This document shows positions 10,505 through 18,557 of a DNA stretch of 36,112 nt, one piece after another. Under the pieces are notes generated by a model. It was not told where the DNA came from and made no database searches. It saw nothing but the letters and a program-made list of their open reading frames with translations. The stretch covers positions 1 through 36,112 of IMG/VR virus record IMGVR_UViG_3300048599_000769. One strand, 5' to 3'. The stretch comes from a virus (lineage: Duplodnaviria; Caudoviricetes). A program made the position numbers and the translations under genes. Numbering within the stretch: the first letter of the stretch is position 1; each line of letters begins with the position of its first letter.

Positions 10505-11092
10505 TTAGATCAATCCGGCTTCGGAGAGCGCTCGATCACACTCGTGTTCAAGCTCGATCGGTAGCCGTGTATTCCATGCGTCCGCGCCAGCCTGTTGAAT
10601 GGCGTCCTTCACGTACTGACTCAGAACGTCCGGGCCGTAAAGTTTTTCGATGGGCTCGCGCAACTTGCCGGTATAGCGGCCCGCCTTCATCACGCGCTTG
10701 GCACCGCCTGTGCGCCGGAAGACTTGCAGATTGTTGCCGTAGCCGCGGGCCATGAACGCGTCAGCCACGATCTTGCGACCGCTCGCGCGCAGCACCAGAA
10801 CGGACACGCCCTTGCCCGTCTGCCGCGCACCAAACTCGCGCAAGGCAATACCTTCGCCTCGGACCTCGAAGGTGACGCGGGGCTGGTCCGCCGACGGCTG
10901 CTGCACCGTTCGTATACTTTTCTTTATCGTGGACACTTTCAGGTTGACGACCTGCGCGATGGCGCGCGCCTGTTGCGCGACAACCGAAACACCGCTGCGC
11001 CGCACCGCGCGGACCTCGGCGCGTGCCATCAGCGCCGCGGCCTTGCGATAGGAGCGTTCGAGATCGTCGAGGCCTTGGATGGAAAAGCTCAT
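10505..11092 (-). CDS. minor tail protein, lambda gpZ-like
   Basis: Basic 195 aa protein with AFMA..VFRR..REPIEKLYGP pattern; tail module. Confidence 0.65.
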   Translation of the reverse strand: MSFSIQGLDDLERSYRKAAALMARAEVRAVRRSGVSVVAQQARAIAQVVNLKVSTIKKSIRTVQQPSADQPRVTFEVRGEGIALREFGARQTGKGVSVLVLRASGRKIVADAFMARGYGNNLQVFRRTGGAKRVMKAGRYTGKLREPIEKLYGPDVLSQYVKDAIQQAGADAWNTRLPIELEHECDRALSEAGLI

Positions 11093-11109
11093 GCGCCGCC
11101 CAGATAGAG

Positions 11110-11137
11110 CGGCGGGGCGACATTGTCCGCCCCGCCG
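11110..11137 (-). terminator. GC-rich hairpin after major tail gene
   Basis: cggcggggcg-acattgtc-cgccccgccg, 10-bp stem; no U-tract. Confidence 0.4.
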
Positions 11138-11144
11138 ATTACGC

Positions 11145-11894
11145 TCAGGAATCGAGCAAGGTGATTTCGGCCACCGGCGCGCCCGCGATCGACAGGGCAG
11201 TGCCCTTGAGCGCGGCGACGAGGAACTCGCTGCCGAGCAGGTCGAGGCCGCCGGACGGCGAGAGCTTCGCCTTCGCCACGTTGACGTGAATCATCTTGCC
11301 GGTCGCGAGATTGCGCATGTCGCCTTCGATGCAGACCTGCAAGCTCGAGCGCGTGCCGACGCTGACCTTCTTTCCGGTGAGCGCTGCCGCGGTGTAGTTG
11401 ATCTTCGGCAGGCTGGCGTCGACGATCGCGCCGGCCTCGGTGATTTTGATCATTCCGGCGGCGGCGTCGACGAGGTAGTCCGTGCCCGCGACGTACGTCG
11501 TCGCGCCGGCGTTGTCGGTCACGGTCACCGCACTGATGCTCCGATGCGGCAGGCGAATCCACTGGCCCTTGTGCGCCGTGTACGCCGTCGGCGTCACCGT
11601 TGCCGACGCCTGCGTAAAGTTCGCGGGCGTGCCGTTGACGGCCCAGCCGAGCACTTCCTGATCGCCGACGTCGTCGGTCGAGAACTCGATCTCGGTCGGC
11701 TTCGGCTGGAAAATCTGATCGAGCGCCTGACCGTACGAGTCGTTCATCTTCGACTGGCGCGTCTTGGCGTCGGGGTCGGGAACGTTGATGGACAGTTTCA
11801 CCGGATTGACCACGCCGATGAACCCGCCGGTCGGCACGCCGTCGGCGTCGACGTAGGCGATGCGGACGTTGCCGGAGCACAAAAGACCACTCAT
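11145..11894 (-). CDS. major tail (tube) protein
   Basis: MSGLLCSGNV start with GAGGTG RBS; 249 aa; includes GTDYLVDAAAGMIKI motif. Confidence 0.75.
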   Translation of the reverse strand: MSGLLCSGNVRIAYVDADGVPTGGFIGVVNPVKLSINVPDPDAKTRQSKMNDSYGQALDQIFQPKPTEIEFSTDDVGDQEVLGWAVNGTPANFTQASATVTPTAYTAHKGQWIRLPHRSISAVTVTDNAGATTYVAGTDYLVDAAAGMIKITEAGAIVDASLPKINYTAAALTGKKVSVGTRSSLQVCIEGDMRNLATGKMIHVNVAKAKLSPSGGLDLLGSEFLVAALKGTALSIAGAPVAEITLLDS

Positions 11895-11925
11895 GTTGCA
11901 CCTCGTTGTTTGCGCCCCGGAGGGG

Positions 11926-12390
11926 CTACGCGTAAACGGCACACGTGAGCTTGCAACTCACCTGCACCACCACATAGTCGAGCCCATCGACGCGACGACG
12001 TATCGCGCTTTCGGGACCGAGTTCCAGCTTGTTGACGACGCCCAGCGCAGCCGGGATATTGGCGAATGCGCCGGGCGAGACCTTGTTCAGCGCCCGCAGC
12101 AGGTCGGCGCGGAGACGGTGTGCGACGGACTCGGCGTCTCGACGCTTGGCTGGGATGTATCCCTCGCACATGACGGTCTGATCGCCGATGACGCTGGCCG
12201 CCGATCGCGACGAAATCGAGAAGTCGGTTTCAACGACCACGACGCGCGGAAAGGCGTCGGCCTCCCCGAACTCGCGCAGCTCGGTATCGACGCGACTGCC
12301 GGCATCCGTGTGATACGGCGCAGCACCCTGAATGACCGCCAGCGACGCGGCAATGACGCTGACCGTCTGCATCGTGAAGGGCTCAGCCAC
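11926..12390 (-). CDS. tail terminator / tail completion protein (gpU-like)
   Basis: Position between head-tail joining and tube genes; start uncertain (GTG 12390 or ATG 12372). Confidence 0.55.
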   Translation of the reverse strand: MAEPFTMQTVSVIAASLAVIQGAAPYHTDAGSRVDTELREFGEADAFPRVVVVETDFSISSRSAASVIGDQTVMCEGYIPAKRRDAESVAHRLRADLLRALNKVSPGAFANIPAALGVVNKLELGPESAIRRRVDGLDYVVVQVSCKLTCAVYA

Positions 12391-12709
12391 GGCCGACCAC
12401 CCAGCGTGCATATGCCTCGTCGTCGCTCACCAGCGATTCGAGGACGTACGACATCGCACCGATCGTCACGATAGCGCCCTCGACCGGCGTCCCGACCTCG
12501 GCTTTCCGCATGCCGAACTCGGCACGTGCCGCGCTGACGCGCGCGAACTCGCCGAGCGATTGCAGGTCACGGCTCGACAACACCGTGCACGACACCGGGT
12601 CCGCGCCCTCGTCGCTCTGATACACCGCGCGATAGGACATGCCGGCCGCGCCGAAAGCATCGAACGCGCCCTCATAGAAGTCGGCCAGCAAGTCGTCTTG
12701 GTCGGTCAT
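12383..12709 (-). CDS. head-tail joining protein (gpFII-like)
   Basis: MTDQDDLLADF start overlapping upstream stop (ATGA); 108 aa acidic, beta-rich. Confidence 0.55.
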   Translation of the reverse strand: MTDQDDLLADFYEGAFDAFGAAGMSYRAVYQSDEGADPVSCTVLSSRDLQSLGEFARVSAARAEFGMRKAEVGTPVEGAIVTIGAMSYVLESLVSDDEAYARWVVGRG

Positions 12710-13005
12710 GGCTCGCTCTCGCGCTGGCCAAGCGCGCGAACGCGTGCACGATGGTCGTTGCACATGTCCACGGTTTCGCCACGAACATGAGCAACACGCA
12801 CCGCTTCGCCACACGTGTCGTTCGCGGGCTGCTCTTTCGGCAGCGGGTCGGTGAACTCGCTCGGCATCGGAGCGAACTGCATCCATGGCACCTTCACCGC
12901 CACCGGAACCGAGCCGAAGCACTCGCGCGGCTCGGGCCTCGCGGCCCACTGGCAGGCGGACAGCAGTGTCGCGAACGCGATCAGTACGGCAGGACGGAAG
13001 GGCAT
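12706..13005 (-). CDS. o-spanin (Rz1-like lipoprotein)
   Basis: Signal peptide plus lipobox LLSAC, Pro-rich; GGAGG RBS; overlaps 3' end of i-spanin. Confidence 0.75.
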   Translation of the reverse strand: MPFRPAVLIAFATLLSACQWAARPEPRECFGSVPVAVKVPWMQFAPMPSEFTDPLPKEQPANDTCGEAVRVAHVRGETVDMCNDHRARVRALGQRESEP

Positions 13006-13394
13006 AGCTTCGCCTCCAGAGTTCGAGCGCAGTCGTGGTCGGCACGGGCAGCGTCGAAATGGCGCTGCCACGCAGCACGCTCCGTCAACAGGCGCGCTTG
13101 CTTGTCGCGAGCATCCGCCGCGGCCCGGCGACCGGCGTCGGCCGCGTCGTCGCGCTCGCCGACGCATAGCTTCAATGCGCCCTGCACCGTATCGACCGTG
13201 ACCTCCCATCCATTGTTGGCGGCCTTGCACGTGCGCACGTCGTCGTTGATGGCGTTGCGCTCGCGCGTCAATGCGTCGAGGTCGATCTGCAACGCGTCAC
13301 GCTTACCGCCGACATACCACGCGTAGCCGCCGACGCCGACGAGCAGCGCGCCGAGAACGACGCAGAGATAGAGCGGCAGCTTGTCGAGGATCAT
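12981..13394 (-). CDS. i-spanin (Rz-like)
   Basis: N-terminal TM helix then coiled coil with C-terminal Cys; follows endolysin. Confidence 0.75.
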   Translation of the reverse strand: MILDKLPLYLCVVLGALLVGVGGYAWYVGGKRDALQIDLDALTRERNAINDDVRTCKAANNGWEVTVDTVQGALKLCVGERDDAADAGRRAAADARDKQARLLTERAAWQRHFDAARADHDCARTLEAKLCPSVLPY

Positions 13395-13867
13395 GTTTTC
13401 CCCTTTTCACAGAGCGAGCGTTCGAGTGCGCGCCGCTTGACGAGGCCGGCGAGCCGCACGCCGCTCGCATACACCCACCGATCGAGTTCGGCGCACCACT
13501 CCGACGGCTTCGCCCCGGCGTTCGCTTTGCGCGCGAGCGTCGATTGGCACAGCGCCTTGCCGCCGACGTTGTACGTAAACGACACCAGTGCCGCCGCCTC
13601 GTGCGGCGCCAAGCGGACAACGACACAGCGCTGCACGGCTGACAGCGCGATGGCGAGATCGCCGTGCAGCAGCGCTTCGCATTCGTCCCGAGTCGCTGTC
13701 CGCCCGTCGATGACGTCTGCGCCGGTATGCCCGTAGCAGATGGTCGGGATGCCGATCGGGTCCGCATACGTGCGCGGCACGTAGCCCTCGACGTACGCGA
13801 CCAGCGGCGTCGCCAGCGCGAGCACTGCCGCCGCAAAGCCCGTCACGGTGCGCGGATTCACTGCCAC
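13391..13867 (-). CDS. endolysin, GH24 lysozyme, probable SAR type
   Basis: EG..YADPIGIPTICYGHT catalytic E/D/T triad; SFTYNVG; GLVKRR; Ala-rich N-terminal hydrophobic segment. Confidence 0.92.
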   Translation of the reverse strand: MAVNPRTVTGFAAAVLALATPLVAYVEGYVPRTYADPIGIPTICYGHTGADVIDGRTATRDECEALLHGDLAIALSAVQRCVVVRLAPHEAAALVSFTYNVGGKALCQSTLARKANAGAKPSEWCAELDRWVYASGVRLAGLVKRRALERSLCEKGKT

Positions 13868-14163
13868 GGCGCACCCGCCGCGATGCCGGTCACTCTCTCG
13901 AACTCGCGCATGCGACGCTCGATCGCCTCGAACCGGCGCACCGCATCGGCCTTGTCGCGTGCCGCATCGCCGACGCGATACGTTGTCGACAACTGAACGT
14001 CCATGCTCGCGACGCGCTCGTCGATAACGGCGGTTCGCTTGTCGACCTCGACCAGCGTGCGCGCCATCCAGCCAATGAGCACCAGCGCGCCCGTCAGCAA
14101 CACCGACTGCAAGCGCCGCTCGAACGCGCGGCGCCGTTCGGCAACCTGTGGATCATTGGACAT
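13858..14163 (-). CDS. putative holin/antiholin-like membrane protein
   Basis: One TM segment plus coiled coil; overlaps endolysin start. Confidence 0.45.
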   Translation of the reverse strand: MSNDPQVAERRRAFERRLQSVLLTGALVLIGWMARTLVEVDKRTAVIDERVASMDVQLSTTYRVGDAARDKADAVRRFEAIERRMREFERVTGIAAGAPWQ

Positions 14164-14181
14164 TGTTGCTCCCGACTGGAA

Positions 14182-14210
14182 GCGCCGCCGACGCGCAACG
14201 TCGGCGGCGC
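14182..14210 (-). terminator. hairpin after major capsid gene
   Basis: Perfect 12-bp stem gcgccgccgacg/cgtcggcggcgc, 5-nt loop; only a short U run follows. Confidence 0.55.
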
Positions 14211-14218
14211 CGGTTGCG

Positions 14219-16084
14219 TTACTGCGTCAGCGCATCGAGCATCGCGCTGAACGATTCGGCGTGGCGCACGGCAACGTCGACGTCCTGCAGGGTGACGATG
14301 CGGACGGTGCCCGACGTGCTGTGGGTGTAGGGATCGACGAACAGGTCGAGGCCGCCCCACATGCCGATGATGAGATCGGCCCAGTTGCCGAACACGATCG
14401 CCGAGCACACGCCCGTGCTGGTGCCCTTGTCGAGATTGCTCGGCACGGCGTTGGTCACGCCCGCCGAGTAGCCGTTCAGCGGCGTATCGCCCTCGCCCCA
14501 CACCGGCGCGCCGTTGCTGCTCGCGAACTTCTGCGTGCCCTTGAGCTTGCCGCGCACCTTCGCGTTCGTGAGGTAGCCCAGCGTGCCGATGTCCGCGTTC
14601 GCCACCGACACGTCGGTTTCGAGGTCGATGATGTGCTGCCACGTCGGCGCCAGTCCGTTCGTACCGCCCGCGACATCGCCGATGCCGACCGTGCCGAGAA
14701 CGCCGACCGGCTCGTTCGAGCCGCCGCCCTTGATGCCTGCGGCCTGAATCGCCAGACCGAGCGTTTTCGCGAGATCGGTCTGCACGAACCCTTCGGCGTC
14801 GATCGACGATTGAAGCAGCAACTTGCGGCTGATGTCGGTGTACGCGCCGACCGTCTTCGGCGACATCGCCACCTGGTCGAACGCCTGCTGGCTCTCGGTC
14901 GGGGCGTTCGATTCCGTGACCCAGTACGCCGTGGCGCCGCCGGTCTGGCGCGGGATCGCGATGTTGCCGACGAGGCCGGTCAGCATGCGCGCGCCCATGC
15001 GGTCGATGACCATCGAATTGCGCAGCATGTCGATGAAGCTGCCGGATTCGAGGATGGTCGCGACCGTGTGGCCGCCGGCCGTCGCCGTGCCCTTGGTGAG
15101 ATCGCGCTGAGCGCTCAGGATGTCGAACGGCACGAGAATGCCTCGCGGCGGCTTCGAGGCGCGCTCCGCGGCGGCGGCGCCGCATTCGATCTCGAACTCT
15201 GCCGCCTTGCGGGCGCGCGCGTCGGTCGGATTGGCGAGGTAGTTCAGGGCGCGGAGCAGACTGTAGCGCTTGACCTCGGCTTTCGACATGCCGATTTCGG
15301 CAGTCGGTTTCGGAGCGGCAGTGAGTTTTTCCATCGCCCTCGCGCGGAACTCGTCGACGCTCATGCCCGTCGTCACGGCCTCGCGGGCGAGTTCGTCGAG
15401 ACCGAACTTCGCGTACTGCGTGGCAATCGCCATGATGTCGGAACTGCGCTTGCGCTCGGCTTCCTGACCTTTGCGTTCGTGTTCGATGGTGTTGACCGGC
15501 GGCGCCGGGGGGTTCGTGACTTCGGGCATTGCGGCATCCTCGGTTCGGGTTTGCGACGCAGCGCTACGGCCGACACCGACTTCGATGTCGGCCGGCACGC
15601 TGACCAAGCTGATTTCATAGGGTTCCCAGTCGGTCACGCGATACGTGCCGACGCCGTCCTTTTCGGATTCGAGGATCGCGTCGTAAATCCAATACGCGAC
15701 GGAAACGTTGCCTCGAATCCCATCGATCACGTCCTGAAACACTTCGCTGGCGCGCGCGCTTTTCCCAAAGCGCACCACGGCCCGGCCAACCTTGTCCGAA
15801 CCGATCTGCACCGACTCGATCACGGCGACGTGGTCCGTGCGGTCGTGATCCATGAGCACTGGCCCCGAGCGCTTGAGGCGATCGAGTCGGATGCTGCTGC
15901 TCTTGTGGTCGAGGATTTCGACGCCCCACCACAGGGCGACCGGCGTCTCGCTCGAAAACGCCAACTCCACGGTTCGAGCTGCCTCGTCGACCGAGCCCCG
16001 CACGACCTCGATCTGCATGTCGCGCGAATCTCGCCGCGCCTTCGCGCCGGGTCTTAGCTGTTCGGGGATGATGATGTCAGGCAC
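14219..16084 (-). CDS. prohead protease-major capsid fusion (HK97 fold)
   Basis: GTG start with GGAGG RBS; N-terminal protease motifs (VLMDH, NVSVAY, WEPYEISLVSVPAD) followed by capsid (AYWVTES, FGNWADL). Confidence 0.88.
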   Translation of the reverse strand: MPDIIIPEQLRPGAKARRDSRDMQIEVVRGSVDEAARTVELAFSSETPVALWWGVEILDHKSSSIRLDRLKRSGPVLMDHDRTDHVAVIESVQIGSDKVGRAVVRFGKSARASEVFQDVIDGIRGNVSVAYWIYDAILESEKDGVGTYRVTDWEPYEISLVSVPADIEVGVGRSAASQTRTEDAAMPEVTNPPAPPVNTIEHERKGQEAERKRSSDIMAIATQYAKFGLDELAREAVTTGMSVDEFRARAMEKLTAAPKPTAEIGMSKAEVKRYSLLRALNYLANPTDARARKAAEFEIECGAAAAERASKPPRGILVPFDILSAQRDLTKGTATAGGHTVATILESGSFIDMLRNSMVIDRMGARMLTGLVGNIAIPRQTGGATAYWVTESNAPTESQQAFDQVAMSPKTVGAYTDISRKLLLQSSIDAEGFVQTDLAKTLGLAIQAAGIKGGGSNEPVGVLGTVGIGDVAGGTNGLAPTWQHIIDLETDVSVANADIGTLGYLTNAKVRGKLKGTQKFASSNGAPVWGEGDTPLNGYSAGVTNAVPSNLDKGTSTGVCSAIVFGNWADLIIGMWGGLDLFVDPYTHSTSGTVRIVTLQDVDVAVRHAESFSAMLDALTQ

Positions 16085-16092
16085 GGCGCCTC

Positions 16093-17625
16093 CTACTCGT
16101 CGACCGGTTCGGTTTCGTTTTTCAGTTTCTGCTGCGCCGTCGCGGCGGTGCCGAGCACGACACCCTTCGCGGCAACAAGCGCCTGGAACGCGGCGATGTC
16201 GTCCAGAATGTCTTCGACGTCGCGGCCCGACTGCGCGGCGATCTGCTGCGGACTGGCGAGTGCGCGGTCGATCGCGAGCGCGCTCGCCTGAATATCTTTG
16301 AGCGGATCGACCCACGCCCACCGCCGGCCCTGCCACGCGTGTTGACGAAACTTGAAAAGTTTCGATGCCGGCAGCGCGGCGCCGTTCGGCAGTTTGATTG
16401 CGCCCGCGAGCAGCGCGGTTTCGATCCACTCCTCGTACACCGGTGTGAGCAAGGCGCTCGTGAGCCAGTTCTGAATCGCCATCCATTCCTCACGCTCGTC
16501 GAGCACACCGGCGCGAATACTGGAATAATTCACACCCTCCAAATCGTTTGCGAGCGTGTGATAGGCGACGCCGACGCCGCTCGCGATGCCGCGGAGGGCG
16601 GCCTTGCAGAAGGCGTCGAACTGGTCATGCGGATAGGTCGGATCGAAGGTCTGGAACTCATAGCCGGCCGGCATAACCTCGAACTCGCCGGGCGACGCCT
16701 GCCGAATCAGGTTGCCATCATCGTCGGCATCGTCAGCGTCCGGCCCGCCCGCGCCCTCGGGCTGTTTGTAGAAGCCCATCTTCGACGCACCAATGCGCGC
16801 CGCGATGACGGCCGCCTCGCGGTATCCATGCAGGTCGTTCACCATGCGCATGGCGGCGTGCATCAGCGGAACGCCACGCGTCTGTTCATCCTCCATCGGA
16901 ATGAACTGGTGAATGATTTCGGCCGCGGGCACGCGCTCTCGCTCGCGCGATAGCCGGCCCGACGCGGCGGGCGCGGTCCAGATGTGGTAGGCAACAGGCC
17001 GGCGGTACGGGTCGAGTTCGACGCCCATCACGATCGCGTTCTGTCCGGCCGCGGCCTCGCGGTTCAGTGTCGTGTCGAGGCGTGAAACGTCGAGCGATTG
17101 GAGCTGGTACGAGAACTCGCCGCGACCGGTGCCACGCACCTTGCGAAACAGGAACTCGCCATCGCGCGCGAGCGCAGTCACGGCGCCGCGCACCATGTCG
17201 GGGAAGCTGCGGCGGCCGGTGACGTCGCAATTCTCCGGTCGCGACCAGCGCCAGAACGCCGCCTCGATCGCGCGATTGGCTGCCGTGTCCGGCTTGTCGC
17301 CGACATCGACGACGCGAACCTGTAGCGTGAAACCCTCGGCACCGACGATGTTGTTGCGGAACATCCGGCCGAACTTCGCGGCGTACGGATTGTTCTTGAA
17401 CATGTCGCGCGAACGCGCGCGCAAGAGGTCGAGCTGTCCACGCAGTTCCTGATCGATCGCCGCCCCGGTCGCCAGCCACGAGGCGGTCAAGCGGTCGACG
17501 ACAGCCGCGTCGAATTTGCGCATCCCGCCGCGGGGCGGCAGACGGCGTGTCGCGCGTACGCGGTCAATCTCCGCGCCCAGCTCTTGGGCGCGCGACGACG
17601 GCGACGTTTTGCGCAGGCCGAGCAC
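16093..17625 (-). CDS. portal protein, lambda family
   Basis: LRARSRDM..NNPYA, QTRGVP, NYSSIRAG, WVDPLKD motifs. Confidence 0.92.
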   Translation of the reverse strand: MLGLRKTSPSSRAQELGAEIDRVRATRRLPPRGGMRKFDAAVVDRLTASWLATGAAIDQELRGQLDLLRARSRDMFKNNPYAAKFGRMFRNNIVGAEGFTLQVRVVDVGDKPDTAANRAIEAAFWRWSRPENCDVTGRRSFPDMVRGAVTALARDGEFLFRKVRGTGRGEFSYQLQSLDVSRLDTTLNREAAAGQNAIVMGVELDPYRRPVAYHIWTAPAASGRLSRERERVPAAEIIHQFIPMEDEQTRGVPLMHAAMRMVNDLHGYREAAVIAARIGASKMGFYKQPEGAGGPDADDADDDGNLIRQASPGEFEVMPAGYEFQTFDPTYPHDQFDAFCKAALRGIASGVGVAYHTLANDLEGVNYSSIRAGVLDEREEWMAIQNWLTSALLTPVYEEWIETALLAGAIKLPNGAALPASKLFKFRQHAWQGRRWAWVDPLKDIQASALAIDRALASPQQIAAQSGRDVEDILDDIAAFQALVAAKGVVLGTAATAQQKLKNETEPVDE

Positions 17626-18152
17626 TACAGTCTCGTCAAGATGCGGGCGCTGCGCGAACCTTCCTCGCGCGCGACGATCGCTGCGTAGTGATCACGGAGC
17701 GTGAGCAGTTCGGTAAGCGGGTAGTGCTGTAGTTGCCGGTCGCCAAGCTGCCACGAGGCAACGGCGGGGGCCTTCCGTTCGAGCCACGCATTGATGTTGT
17801 CGAGCACCTTGCGTGCGTGCGTGCGCGTGTCGATGCCCGTCGTTGCGGCAGCCAGATTCGGCGCGACGACGACGTCGCATGCGCTCAGCGTGTGGCGTCG
17901 ATCGCCGTTGGTGACGTACTCGACGACACGGTACGTGCCGGGCTGCCATGCGGCAGACATCCCCGCGGACACGCTGACCGCGAAACCGTCATCGTCCGAC
18001 GCGGCGGTGATCGAATAGCTCGCGACGCTGCCGACCAGCGTATAGCCGAGCGACCATCCGTCGGCCGCCCGATACTTCGGCAGCACGCGCGACCATTCGA
18101 TCGTGTCGCCCGCCGTGACCCGCGTTGGAATTTTCGCTGCATCTTCGACCAT
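17625..18152 (-). CDS. head completion/adaptor-like protein (C-terminus gpW-like)
   Basis: Immediately upstream of portal; C-terminal SWQLGDRQLQHYPLTELL. Confidence 0.55.
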   Translation of the reverse strand: MVEDAAKIPTRVTAGDTIEWSRVLPKYRAADGWSLGYTLVGSVASYSITAASDDDGFAVSVSAGMSAAWQPGTYRVVEYVTNGDRRHTLSACDVVVAPNLAAATTGIDTRTHARKVLDNINAWLERKAPAVASWQLGDRQLQHYPLTELLTLRDHYAAIVAREEGSRSARILTRL

Positions 18153-18271
18153 GCAACGAATGATGCCCGCGTCACCGCGACACGGTAAGACAAAGAAATG
18201 GCGCGGAATCTAAACCTGTTTCCGTAATTTTGACCGGTCTAACTTGCTGATTTTTCTACTACACCTAAACG

Positions 18272-18556
18272 CTACTTATTTTCCAAGATACGCTGAATTG
18301 ACCGCTTTGAAATTCCATACCGTCGGGCTAAAAGAACCACACGCTCGCCTCGCATGTAGTCGGCACGAACCCGCTCATCCCGTGCCGAACGGATGTTTCG
18401 AGCGGGCACTTCGCCTACTCGCGCGATGTACGGGCGCTCTCCACCCCAGTCTCGCCGAACGTCGCGGTCGATCCGCTCGACGACATCGGGGGGCAGTGCC
18501 GCAGTTGCGGCAACACGGCCGAGGATGTCCGCCACGATGTCGTCCTCGATAACCAC
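18272..18556 (-). CDS. Mor/C-family transcription activator
   Basis: WGGERPYI, RDERVRADY..G, LARRYGISKRSIQRIL match the Mu Mor/C pattern; GTG start 1 nt after terL stop. Confidence 0.75.
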   Translation of the reverse strand: MVIEDDIVADILGRVAATAALPPDVVERIDRDVRRDWGGERPYIARVGEVPARNIRSARDERVRADYMRGERVVLLARRYGISKRSIQRILENK

Positions 18557-18557
18557 G

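Noticed and set aside
3280-16057. Large plus-strand ORFs opposite structural genes (e.g. 3280-5046, 14003-16057)
   Set aside because: Arg/Ala-rich antisense shadows typical of high-GC coding DNA; no motifs
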